From Octopus vulgaris (Eukaryota), in contig OX597835.1 in NCBI GenBank assembly GCA_951406725.2, positions 31,186,001-31,250,000 of the forward strand: DNA of 64,000 nucleotides, written 5' to 3'. Positions 40,769 through 53,936 of the stretch are shown piece after piece. The position numbers and the translations under genes are program-made. Positions within the stretch are counted from its first letter, which is position 1. Every line of letters starts with the position of its first letter. The notes beneath the pieces are model-generated. The model was not told the origin of the DNA, did not search any database, and saw only the letters and a program-made list of their open reading frames with translations.

Positions 40769-40930
40769 CCAGCATCATCACCACCACCACAACCACAACC
40801 ACCCTTACTACTACCACCGTCGTTCTCATCATCACTACCACCAACACCACCAACACCACCACCACTACCACTACCACCACTACCACCACCACCACCACCG
40901 CCATCACTACCACCACCCTAACTACTACAT
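40320..40930. repeat. Degenerate (ACC)/(ACT)/(AAC)/(ATC) low-complexity tract
   Basis: Read directly; similar tracts at 41330-41600 and 42500-43160. Confidence 0.85.
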
Positions 40931-41357
40931 TATATATTTAATTAAGACATGTCAAGAGAAGAAAGAGTACATGTTTTTGCCAATTTTGAAGTACATTTAA
41001 ACTTAATTAATTTGGTTATGTCAATTTACTCGGCTCTCCATCACCACCCCCTCCTGCCCTTCTCCTCATCCTACCACCCCCACGAACCACGAACACCACC
41101 ACCACCATCACCATCAACCCCCATCACTTCCACCACTGCAAACGCTTTCTCGCCACCCACACTACAACATGTCTTCGACAATATGCCTTCTTTCTTTCTT
41201 TCGTTCTTTCTTTCTTTCTTTCTTTCCTCCCTTCCTTCCTTCTGTCTTTTTTCTTTCTTTTATTGTTTATTTTTCGTTTTCTTCTTGGAAATATTGCCAT
41301 TTCTGTACGATTTGTCACTTAGTTACACCGCTGCTGCTGCAGCTACTACTACTGCTG

Positions 41358-41424
<67 letters not shown>

Positions 41425-41552
41425 AGCTACTGATGTTAGTGGTGATGGAGACAACGACGACGACGACGACGACGATGATGATGACGGTGGTGATGCAGAT
41501 GCTGGTAGGGGGTTGTCGATGGTTGTATTGGAGACGATGCTGATAGTGGCAT

Positions 41553-41585
<33 letters not shown>

Positions 41586-42113
41586 CGTTGATGATGACAA
41601 TTAAACTCTGTGTGTGTTTGTATTTGTATGGATGTATGTATATGTATGTATGTGTATGTGTATGTGTGTGTATGTGTGTGTATGTGTATGTGTGTGTATG
41701 TGTGTGTGTGAGTGTGCTTGCGCGCGCTCGCTCGTTGACTTAGTTTGATCGTTTGTAGATACAAGGCATCATTGGAGCGTCGAACAAAATGGCATAAGAA
41801 ATTGTATTTCTATCGGCTTCTCTCTTTACATTTTGAGTTGAACTTACAAGGACAACCTTGCCTTTAATCCTTTCTGTGCCAATTAAATACGTACATATAT
41901 TCCTCAATGAAAAGTCTGTATGTGAGCAAATGCCTAACTGATAAATTGGTTATAGTTGGATTATCAGGAAGAAAGAAAGAACAGAAATTCAGCAAAATGG
42001 TTCATAACAAATACAATTTGTAAGAGGAACAGTAAACGTATGTAAGACTTTTCACAAGTTTAAAATGTGACATAATTTTTGCTAACAACATTCCAATGAT
42101 GAAATGATGAAAT

Positions 42114-42388
42114 GCAAAGTCGACCTCAACTGGATTTGAACTCAGAACGTAACAGCAGATGAAATACCTATTTCTTTACTACCCACAAGGGACTAAACAC
42201 AGAGAGTACAAACAAGGACAGACAAACGGATTAGGTTGATTATATCGACTCCAGTGCGTTACTGGTACTTAATTTATCGACCCCGAAAGGATGAAAGGTA
42301 AAGTCGACCTCGGCGGAATTTTAACTCAGAACGTAAAGACAAACGAAATACCGCTAAGCATTTCGCCCGGGGCGCTAACGTTTCTGCC

Positions 42389-42389
<1 letters not shown>
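42114..42389 (-). mobile_element. SINE family A followed in tandem by a partial second unit
   Basis: On the minus strand the tail ...GTAGTAAAGAAATA runs directly into GGTATTTCATCTGCTGTTACGTTCTGAGTTCAAATCC (internal head sequence). Confidence 0.8.
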
Positions 42390-42421
<32 letters not shown>

Positions 42422-42517
42422 TGGGGAGAGAGGGAGAGAGAGAGAGAGAGGTAATTAGATATATTCATTGATCTCTCTCGCTTAGTTCGAAGAAACTCCA
42501 CCACAACCACCAGCACT

Positions 42518-42549
<32 letters not shown>

Positions 42550-43300
42550 CACTACCACTACCATTGTGACTACTACAACTAAATCCGTATCTGCCATAGA
42601 AGCCTCATGAAAAGTTACAATTAGGCAATATCAACAACGACAACAGCTACAACAACAACAACAACAACAACAACTGTAGCAGCAATAATAACAACAACAA
42701 CAACTATAAGACGTGCAATATGTGTAGGTTTGGTTATTTAAGGAGCGGATGCCATAATGGAAACCTGGCAGTATACAAAAATGGCATTTGGCAAATGTGT
42801 AGTAACAATACCATTATTGGCACCACCGCTTCTTCCATTATTGAGCCCACCACTACCACTACTGCAACCATCACCACCACGTACTCCTCCTCCGCCACCA
42901 TTACCACCACCACTACCACTACATCAACTACATCCACCAATGCAACCAGCTCAACCACTACCAACACCACCACTGAAATCGCTGTCAGTTTTTACCAAGT
43001 TTATAACCATTCTCACAACTACTACAACCTATACCACCACCATCACCATCACCACTACCACCAACACCACCGCTATCACCAGCACCACTACCATCGGAAC
43101 CATCAATATCACAACCACCACTACCACCATCAACCATCATCACAGCTAGCGCCACCATCTCTACAAATATCATTTATCAGCAGCAAGGCCATCAATGGAT
43201 ATTTCTATATCTTCTTTGTATGTGTATATGTGTGCATGTGTAAATGTGTAAAATTATGTAATTGTATGTATGTATGTATGTATGTATGTATGTATGTATG

Positions 43301-43335
<35 letters not shown>

Positions 43336-43501
43336 ATATTTATATATATATATATATATCCATATACATACACATATATATATTCATATACATACTTGTA
43401 CATATCAATATATGTAATGCATATATATATGTATGTATACACATACATATATCTACATATATATATATATATATATATACTCGTACACACATACACACAC
43501 A

Positions 43502-43542
<41 letters not shown>

Positions 43543-44206
43543 ATATACACACATGCAGAGGTCAGTATGACATGGCGGTCCCAAAATGGCGATACGACCA
43601 CTTAGCTGCCGTACTGAAAATAGTGTTGTGACACTATCCAATAAAACAGATTGTTTGTGAAGTTTAACAGTTACCACATTTTGAAATCTCGTAGCAGCCA
43701 ACCCCAACCCTTTTCTGTTTTGTCAGTGAGAGGAGTAGGCTGGGGGTGAATCATTGTCCTTTGGTTAAAATGAGACGGGAAAAAGGGCGTGACTTGAAAA
43801 ATGTTTCTGATCATCACGAACAAAAAATTATATTTCGCTTTTGTAATTTGGTATACAAAATTCATATTGTCAAAGCGTGTAGTGAAACAAATGTCTTTGT
43901 GTTTTAGGTGGGTCATTGTGCCAATAATAAATACACGCACTGGTTCGATTTCACCACTTTGTTTATAGTAGTCTGTTGGTTAACTGAAGAACTGAAGCTG
44001 ACCTGGACTAAAGAGAGTTCGACAGGCGTTTAAGGTGACTTGATGTAGAAAAGGTATGTCACTGAAAAGGTAGCGATTGGCAATGAAAGGGCATTGAGAA
44101 AAAGAAATTATCTGATTGATTAACCAAATGATTTGGCATAACGACCCTCCCAAAGTACGATAAAACGTTTTTCTCACACTAACCTTCAGGCACTCTCTCT
44201 CTCTTC

Positions 44207-44238
<32 letters not shown>

Positions 44239-44462
44239 TTCTCTCTCTCTCTGACACACACACACACACACACGTTCTCAGAATAACATTTGTATCATAT
44301 AGATTATAAGATCAACATGTTGCTAATCCCTTCCCCGTCCTTATACCATTTCGTGTTTCGATGTTCGGTCCCAATGTGTTTCGTGAGAAACAGCCTTCTA
44401 CTATAGCCCCGGGCTCGTCAGTGCCTAGGTAAGCGGAAAATGTGTGGAAGTACATCGTGCGA

Positions 44463-44563
<101 letters not shown>

Positions 44564-44716
44564 GGGAGTGTTTACGAAAAAAACAAAAAACGAAGACAGG
44601 TGGTGTACAAAACAAACAGATATATATATTAGTATAACGCTCAGGAACAGAAAAAGTATTTTACGTTTCGAGCCTACGCTCTTCTACATAAAGTGACACA
44701 GAAAAAACAAGGAGAG
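44564..44716 (-). mobile_element. Penelope-like pLTR fragment with degraded hammerhead-like motif
   Basis: Homologous to 18217-18399. Confidence 0.6.
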
Positions 44717-44731
44717 AGAGAAAAAGAGAGA

Positions 44732-44772
<41 letters not shown>

Positions 44773-44774
44773 AT

Positions 44775-45084
44775 GACTCCCAGCGGTCATAAATGGCCAG
44801 GAAATTACACCTAGAGAGTTCCCCTTCAAGGTACAAGTCCAGGCAAGGTTGTTTACGGAAGACCAGCAGTCGGCCATGCATAACATGCCGCCGATGTTAT
44901 CCAAGGGAAAGGCAAAGGTCGATGCAGCTTGACACCAGAGACGTTACAACTTATTTCTACAGCTGAGTGGACTGCAGCAACGTGAAATAAAGTGTCTTGC
45001 TCAAGGACGGAGCACGGTTCGGGAATCGAATTTATTACCTCATGATTGTGAACTCGACGCTCTAACCACTAAGCCATACGCCTT
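44775..45084 (-). mobile_element. tRNA-derived SINE family F
   Basis: Minus strand A-box TGGCTTAGTGG, B-box-like ATTCGATTCCC, then GTCCTTGAGCAAGACACTTTATTTCACGTTGCTGCAGTCCACTCAGCTG shared with family E. Confidence 0.7.
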
Positions 45085-45119
45085 ACATAACATACATACA
45101 TACATACATACATACATAC

Positions 45120-45335
45120 GTGTGTGTGTCTCGTCTCTGTGTGTCACCCCGTCACCGCGCTTGACAATCGTTATTAGATTGCTCGCGTCCCCATAACTTG
45201 GCGGTTCGACAAAAGAGTCGATAGACAAAGCACCAGACTAAAAGGAAATAAGAACTAAAACGCGAGTTTATTTGTTTGACTAAACCCTTCAAAGCAGTAC
45301 CCCAGCATGGCCGCAGTCCAATGGCTTCAATAACA
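45120..45335 (+). mobile_element. SINE family B, degenerate 3' half
   Basis: CGCTTGACAATCG...CGTCCCCATAACTTGGCGGTTCGAC...CCCAGCATGGCCGCAGTCCAATG. Confidence 0.7.
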
Positions 45336-45774
45336 GATATATGCTAAACGGAAGATCACACTACGGCAGGTGTACCAAATACCTGATACAACACCGTACC
45401 TTCAAATGTACATGTTTCACCTCTGCAACCAGACAATACCGTCAATTTACTATCCAATACTACGATATTTTTACCATTATCTTCTCGTCACCTTTGCCAC
45501 ATGTTTATTGTAAGCGCACAATGTGTTTTGCCATCATCAGCCAATATTATATCGATTTAAATCCGATTTATCAATTCATTTGATGCAAACAATTTATGAT
45601 TGATTTTGTTAAAACACGAGAGCGACCCAGTGACCAAGTCTCCGTAATATAGAACAAAATTAAGGCGACAGATTGACTGAATCGTTCACGTGCCGGACAA
45701 AATTCTTTGCGGCATTTCTTCTACTGAGGTTTATCGTTCGTTTAGTAAGCCGCGAAATTGTTACGTTCCCTCGC

Positions 45775-46030
45775 TTTTTGTAATTCAGATCGCTTCATTG
45801 TCCTAGCAGACAGAATGGAAAAGGCGTTGCCCCGCCGGAGGATGGCGAGGAAGATGCACTGGAACAGCCACTCTGACTCATGGAGCTCACACATGCTGAT
45901 AACCATTTCTACCCCGATAACAGTGAGTTGGGATATGGACGGGGGCTGAGAATGACAGAGATCTCCACTGTTGCAGGTTCGTTGTGTTTCTCATGTTAAC
46001 GAGCACTGGTGCCACGGCCGATAGCTAAAC
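45775..46030 (-). mobile_element. C-terminal fragment of a CRE-clade non-LTR retrotransposon (restriction-like endonuclease end)
   Basis: Minus strand EPATVEISVILSP / frameshift / SISQLTVIGVEMVISMCELHESEWLFQCIFLAILRRGNAFSIL matches the CRE motif F.P.AVET.G..GP...IG...TGE.RE..WLFQR.S.AI.RGNA.SIL. Confidence 0.7.
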
Positions 46031-46111
46031 ACACCAAGTAGTCAACTACCCACTGCCCCCACAATATTTCAGGACTTGTGACTACAGTGATATATTACAT
46101 AGAGCGACATT

Positions 46112-46325
46112 GAGGCGGCGAGCTGGCAGAATCGTTAGCACGCCGGGCGAAATGCGTAGCAGTATTTCGTCTGCCGTTACGTTCTGAGTTCAAATTTTGG
46201 GGGAGGGGGCCAGTCGATTAGATCGACCCTAGTACTTGACTGGTTCTTAATTTATCGACCCCGAAAGGATGAAAGGCAAAATCGACCTCGGCGGAATTTT
46301 GAACTCAGAACGTAAAGACAGACGC
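46112..46325. mobile_element. Rearranged SINE family A: plus-strand head fused to an inverted remainder
   Basis: Plus-strand head up to GAGTTCAAATT (~46196), then a minus-strand copy from the tail back through the B-box. Confidence 0.75.
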
Positions 46326-46914
46326 CAACTAAATATTTTGCGAATCAGAAAATAGACATAAAATTTTTGGCTGGTAAAGCTTGAGTTGTTGCGGGTTAAA
46401 CAGTCATGGTAGAAAATTTGGTAATTTGAAGGAAGGGTTTCGAAACTAGCATGGTTCTAGAGAGAGGAGATTAAAAGAAAAAAGGATTCCGTTTCGAACA
46501 CGTGGACACAATGTAAGTCTGTAGCTGGGTATCAGAGAAATTATTTCTCCTGAGTTGGAGTTGATCTGGAGGAAGGAAGCATTCTCCCCCCCCCCCCAAG
46601 GCCCCAAGATCTATGCAAATAAAGATTGTAAGGAATTCGTTTATCTCAACCCAAACATTATGAATAAAAACAATTTCCTCTGACTTCGAAATAATTGATA
46701 GTTCACCCTGTGTCAGGCATTTATTTGTTCGACACACTTCGAAAATATTATTCAAGGAAACATCAAAATACAGACATCTTAAGATGAAAAAAATAAATGG
46801 TTTTAACTTGATTGCTCGCATTCAATTTCTTTACTCAAATAATGCATTTTAACTTTAAACACACACACTCACACACCTACACACCCACAAAGACACACAC
46901 ACAGACATGCAAAC

Positions 46915-46964
<50 letters not shown>

Positions 46965-47578
46965 AGCCACACACGCATTAGGTACCTTTTCTTTTATGAA
47001 ATTTTTTTACGTATAACGATAAAATTGTTTATTTATATTTTACAGTTTTACGCATACACACACACACACACACACATATATATATTAATATATGTATATA
47101 TATATGTATATATATGTATTACATATATAAAAATATGTATATACATACATATATGTACGTATATATATACACACACACTCATATATATATATATATATAT
47201 ACATATATATGTATATATATACACACATACATAAATGTTATATATGTATGTGTGTGTGTAATTACATATATATATATATATATACACATATATCTGCGTA
47301 TGTGTGTCTAAGTTGAATAAAAGTTAAATGCTTTTATAATTTAGATACAACTGAAAATGAAAGAATATGTATAAATAAAAATATACGCAAACATGTATAT
47401 GATATATAGAATATATATGCATATATATTTATATCTATATACGGATATATACATATATATATATACGTACATATATATGTTTACATGTATGTATGCATGT
47501 AGATATACGTATATGTGTGTATTTATATATATGTATATATGTATATATATTTATATCTAATCTATAAATATAGATGTA

Positions 47579-48860
47579 CGAGGGGCGTTCAATAAGTAAT
47601 GCCTCTGAACCACTTGCAGTTGTTTGATCTAGCTGAAAATTTACATGTGCAATTATTTATATCTCTATTAGGTGGCAAATTACAGCTCCGAGCTAATTGT
47701 GGTTTTTGATATACAGGTGTTTGAACTGAGTCAAGTGTAAAATGGAGCCTGTTGAGTGTCGAGCAGTGATCCGGTTTTTGTATTTGAAAGGACGCACACC
47801 ACGGGAGACTTTTGATGAAATGAAAGTAACTTATGGTGATGATGCCCCATCATATGACCTTGTAAAACGCTGGCATAGTGAATTCAAACATGGTCGGAAC
47901 TTTGTGGAAACAGCTCCCAGATCTGGTCGCCCCCCTTCTGCCATTGATGAGGCATCTGTCCGTCAAGTTGAGGCTGCCATTTTGTAGATCGACGCATAAC
48001 TATTAGCCAAATAGCCCATGAGGTCAAGTTTAGTACCGGGTCTGTGGAAACCATCATTCATGACCATTTGCATATGCAAAAGATGTCTGCCAGATGGATT
48101 CCCAGGCTGCTCACACCTTTCCAGAAGCAAGAACGCGTCGAGTGCTCGAGGATGAATTTGGAGATGTGCCAAGAAGATGAGTCAAAATTTTTCAAAAGAC
48201 TGATTACACAGGATGAGACCTGGGTCCATCACTATGATCCAGAGACCAAAGCCCAGTCAATGCAGTGGAAGCACCGTGACTCACCTCCTCCAAAGAAGGC
48301 AAGGATGCAGCCTTCCGCTGGCAAGGTCATGCTCACAGACTTCTGGGAAGAGGACGGAGTAGTGATGACAGATTTCCTGGCAAATGGTACCAGAGTTACA
48401 GGAGCCTATTATGCTTCGCTTTTGAGGAAATTAAGAGAAGCTATCAAAATCAAGAGGCGGGGCAAGATCAGCAAAGGCATCCTCCTCCTGCAGGACAACG
48501 CTCTGGTCTACAACTCGCGTGTCGCCAGATCAGAAGCACAGGCGTGTGGATATTAACTCCTCCCCCATCCCTCTACTCTCCTGACCCTGCACCCTCTGAT
48601 TTTCACCTCTTCCCAGCCATGAAGTTGTTTTTGAAAGGAAAACATTTCCCAGATGATGCAGCCTTGATTTCTAAAGTCACATCGTGGTTGGAGGACCAAG
48701 CTGAGGTCTTCTACAAAAACGGTCTAAAGAGTTGAATCAAACGATGGGAGAAATGTGTAACTCTGAGTGGTTCCTATGTAGAAAAAGACTAATAACTGTG
48801 CCTAGTTTCGTTGCTCTACTGCTATGGGAAGTGGGTCAGGGGCATTACTTACGCCCCTCG
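47579..48860 (+). mobile_element. Full-length mariner transposon (DD34D, irritans-like), 1282 bp
   Basis: Left TIR CGAGGGGCGTTCAATAAGTAATGCCTCTGAACCACTT; right TIR AAGTGGGTCAGGGGCATTACTT-----ACGCCCCTCG with a 5-bp deletion; TA TSD on both sides. Confidence 0.95.
47742..48792 (+). pseudogene. Inactivated mariner transposase
   Basis: HTH region with RSGRP; WIPRLL (WVPHEL-type motif); catalytic DETW...QDNA...YSPDPAPSDFHLF; RWEKC C-terminus. Frameshifts near 47985 and 48550, premature stop at 48733. Confidence 0.95.
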
Positions 48861-48900
48861 TATATGTATTTATATATATATATATGTATATATATATGTC

Positions 48901-48945
<45 letters not shown>

Positions 48946-48947
48946 TT

Positions 48948-49064
48948 AGTTTACGAAAAAAACAACAAAAGAAGACGACAGGTGTTGTAAAAAACAAACA
49001 GATGTATTAGTATAACACTCAGGAATAGAAAAAGTCTTTTACGTTTCGAGCCTAAGCTCTTCTA
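48948..49064 (-). mobile_element. Penelope-like pLTR fragment
   Basis: Homologous to 18217-18399, including TTTTACGTTTCGAGCCTA.GCTCTTCTA. Confidence 0.6.
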
Positions 49065-49381
49065 TATACATATATATATATATATATATACACACAAACA
49101 TGCTTCAATGCACAATATTTGAAGGATACAAAGGGCGCAAAATGTATGTGAAGAAAAAATCAGGTAATTTTAGTATCAGACTTTGATTAATCACAGTAAC
49201 AATTGACAACGGGGTACACACTAAATAAATGTACCCGATTCCTGTATTAAGTCTGTGATTCGTTTTTATATTAAAAGTTCTTGCATAAAGTCCAGAATAC
49301 GCATAGGAAATAACTATACAAGTTTGTGTGTGTTTGTGTGTGTCTGTGCTTGTGTGTGTGTATGCATGTATATATATGTAG

Positions 49382-49412
<31 letters not shown>

Positions 49413-49602
49413 AGTACATGTGTGTGTGTGTGTGTGTGATTGTGTGCTAGTGAATCACGCCAGATATTTTCTTTGTGTCTTTAAACTTGAATAAGTAACA
49501 TTTAACATCATATATATTTTAATTCTTTCATAGAATTCGATGTTTTAATATTTACGTACTTTACTACCTACCTATGTATTTTAGTACATATCTATCTACT
49601 CA

Positions 49603-49671
<69 letters not shown>

Positions 49672-49750
49672 TATATATATCTTAATATACCGATATATGT
49701 ATTTGTTTGCATGTATATATCTTAATATACCGATATATGTATTTTTTTGC

Positions 49751-49791
<41 letters not shown>

Positions 49792-49989
49792 TGTACATAT
49801 AATGTAAAGAAATATACACATATACACAAATATGTTCACTGATAACTATATATACATGTGTGTGTGTATGATATACATACATTGTCATATATATACATAT
49901 GCCTATTTATATACATGTATGTGTGTATAAATATATTTGTATTTATATAAATTATTATACATAGATTCTCCTATATGTATATGCATTCT

Positions 49990-50024
<35 letters not shown>

Positions 50025-50384
50025 GCATATGTGTTTGACTGTGTGTGTGTATTTGAGTTTGTGTGTGCGCGTATATACAATAGATTTCACTGGAAGAACA
50101 AATGCAAGCAAAGCTGTCTGCTGAATGCCGTTTTCAACATGACCCCTCAATCCAGCGTCAGATATATTCCGTGGCAAGGATTATCTGCCGTTAGTCGAAC
50201 ATTTTCATTGAAAACAGTGTTCGGATCACGTTTAGTTTGTGTGCAAATCAGATACACATCTTGTTGACAAGTATGCTCGTCTGCTGACACAGCCTGCATA
50301 CGAATATCAATGAGAAATGTGTACACCTACCTACCTATATAACTCATGCCTACCGATCACATACATACGTACGTATGTACATAT

Positions 50385-50419
<35 letters not shown>

Positions 50420-50557
50420 TGCCGTTCTTATAAGTCTCTTTAGTTTATCTTTTACTTTTGCTCACGTTTCATATTCTGAGAGAATAAATTATGTATATGT
50501 GTGTGTACATCTATAGATATATTTGCATACATATTCGTACATATATGTATACTTACA

Positions 50558-50606
<49 letters not shown>

Positions 50607-50722
50607 ATATATATATACATATACTTATACCTATATATATACATATACTTACATGTAATTTCATATATACACAGACACATATATATGTATATACATATAT
50701 ATAGAAGATAAGACATGCATAC

Positions 50723-50777
<55 letters not shown>

Positions 50778-50959
50778 TGTGTGTGTGTCCATATAGGTAC
50801 ATTTATATATATATACATCGAATAGCTATGGAGATCCAGTTGAGTGGAAAATCCATTGGCTAAAAATGGTTGAGAAGCACTGATATCCGAATACACCAGT
50901 TCCTGAGTCCCACGATGAAATATAACATAAAGTGAGAATAATTCCGCACATATTAAAGT

Positions 50960-51329
50960 AAAGGTTACCTTCTCGAGTCATACCGACTGAGAAGGGCCTG
51001 TTCCCCGGTTTCATGGCGTATAGATTTCCCAACTGGACGGGGCACCTGTCTATCGAAGGATTACTCATTTTTGCCAGCCGAGTAGACTGGAGCAACGTGA
51101 AATGAAGAGTTTTGTTCAAGAACACAACACGTCACCCAGTCCTGGACTCGAAGCCACAAATTTACGATGATGACCCCAACACCGTAACCACTAAGTCACA
51201 CTGAGCGGACTACAGCAACGTGAAATGAAGTGTTATGTTCAAAAACACAACGCGTCACCCGGTGCCGGAATCGAAACCACAAACTTACGATCATCAGTCC
51301 GACACCTTAAACACTAATCCACCTGCCTT
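50960..51329 (-). mobile_element. SINE family E with a tandemly duplicated tRNA head
   Basis: Minus strand has two successive head+body units (TTAGTG..TT...GG.TTCGA.TCC...GGGTGACG.GTTGTGTT.TTGAACA.AAC.CTTCATTTCACGTTGCT), then tail CCCCGTCCAG...CTATACGCCATGAAACCGGG. Confidence 0.7.
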
Positions 51330-51934
51330 CATACATGTATAATGTAGTGTGCAATCGATGTGATCTATTTCTGAAATTGTCTCCGGGATTCAAGCGCCAG
51401 CGTGGTTTGAACTCACAAACAATACCACAGTTCATTTTGATTGTAGCACCGGATAGGATTGAACTCAAGGACAATACAACAGGACATATTCACTGTTGCC
51501 ATATCGATTCATCCATTAATCGTTTTGTCTTTCATCTCAGCTAGATCGACAAATTTCCATACCTGCTTTGTACTAAGGGATAGTTAATACAATAACCTAC
51601 GGTGACTCTACAATAATAGTTATAGCGCGGGATGGGGTCGGAATTTATCATATTTGTCATATTTAGAGCAGATTGATATCTTTAATATCCTAATATCCTA
51701 AACTACATGCAAACCCAGTTATATTCATAAATATGTATATAGATACAGAACCACATATATACACATACGTAGGTATGTATTTATATCCTTATCTATATAT
51801 ATATATATATAACTGTAGATATAAATATATGTGTGTATATGTGTGTGTATATATGTGTGTGTATGATTATCTATATATATATATATATATATGTATCTAT
51901 GTATGTGTGTATTCATATACATATAATATATATA

Positions 51935-52022
<88 letters not shown>

Positions 52023-52293
52023 TATATATATATACCATAAATATAAGTACAAAATATGTACCATATATTTCTATATAGCATATGCGTTTGTGTGTGTTTG
52101 TATATATGTATGTTTGTATGTATGTATGTTTGTATGTATGTATAGAGATATTAATGCCTACATATATAAACGAGTATATATACACGTATAATGCATACGT
52201 ATGTACATACACTCACACGCCCCTCCCTCACTTAAAATACATACATAAAAATTATCTATATGCCTTTTTCTTCATATAGAAATGAATACACGC

Positions 52294-52335
<42 letters not shown>

Positions 52336-52778
52336 ACGTGTGTATTTGTGTGTAAGTGTCTATGTATGTATGCACATGTGTGTACGGTGTATGGGTTTGT
52401 ATGCGTGTGTCTGTAGCTGAAGATATAGTTCTCACGTGAAACAATCACATTTATATCTATATTCCACCCTTGACCTTGTGAGGAACAATGATAATCCAAG
52501 ACCTTTGTTGAGTTTATAACGGAACACTTTAAGTATAGCGCGCTGTTTCCTTCTACCCTATTATACAAGATACTATGATATCGTATTAACATATTCCATA
52601 AAACATAACATTACACGTACACATTTATTATCGTATCACTGTAGCCTGTTACCAATTAAACGAACACACGCTGTCGTGATGATTACCATGAAAATATACC
52701 AATATATATTTATATATGCGTGTATACACACATACACACACATACATATATATCGGTATATATATGTATATATATATC

Positions 52779-52818
<40 letters not shown>

Positions 52819-53055
52819 AATACATATATATATATATGCATGTATATGTATATATTTATATGTGTATGCGTGTGTATGTATGTATATATATATATATATA
52901 TATACATATATGCGAATATATATATAAATGTGTTTCTATGTATATATATATAGGAATATGCATATTTGTGTGTATATATATTATAGATGTGTGTGTGCAT
53001 GTGAACATGTGCGTCAGTGTGTATGTGTAAGTATATATGTGTCTGTGTCTATTTG

Positions 53056-53132
<77 letters not shown>

Positions 53133-53861
53133 ATGTATGTATGTTATATATGAGTGTGTGCATTTATGTATAAGTATATGTCTATATATGTATATATGTG
53201 TGTTTATGTTTGTGTTTGCGTATGTGTGTGTGCGTGCGTGTGTATGCATGCGTGCGCCTTCCTTTTTTTTTTCTTTCACGCCATTATCGAAAATATCGTT
53301 TGCTCTCAAACTGGAGAAATACGACATAGTAATAAACATGATATTTTTCTCATGCTGTGATGAAATCACATCATATTATAAAAGAGAGTGATAACTCATG
53401 CTATAATCGTATAATATAAAAATACACACAGATGTTATTATTAACGCGATACATCATTCACTGACACTCACTTATCATATGACATATCGTAATACTTCAT
53501 TATCATACGAATAAAAAGAAATTACGAAATATGACTTAATGTTCCGCGTTGGTATCATATTATAGCTACAATCTCCTCGTGCTGGATCTTAAAACCTAAC
53601 AGGAGCAATGGCTGGTACTTAGGCTACAACATGGCGTGTTAGAAATCAGAGAAATATGCAGTAATTAAAATAAGGTATAGAATAAAAAAGGCATGTATGT
53701 ACCATAATAAAAGTTACCTCTCGTAAGAAATAAAAGACTTTTTATTAACGTATGATTCCTTATTTGTGTTCACTGCACATCGGCAGCATGGTTTCGAATT
53801 TATGGAAGATAGCCTGAAGATACATACATACATTTGTGTGTGTGTATGTATATATATATAT

Positions 53862-53935
<74 letters not shown>

Positions 53936-53936
<1 letters not shown>

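Noticed and set aside
42720-43631. 303-aa Thr/His-rich mucin-like ORF
   Set aside because: Built from degenerate (ACC/ACT)n followed by (TA)/(CA) repeats; overlapping frames are also open; no convincing splice or domain signals.
45789-45922. Apparent plus-strand exon (TTCAG|...ACA|GTGAGT)
   Set aside because: The minus strand explains the sequence better as a CRE retrotransposon C-terminus; the plus-strand peptide is unrecognisable. Exonisation cannot be excluded.
50080-50200. Short open frame ISLEEQMQAKLSAECRF...
   Set aside because: No polypyrimidine acceptor or clear donor and no recognisable homology.
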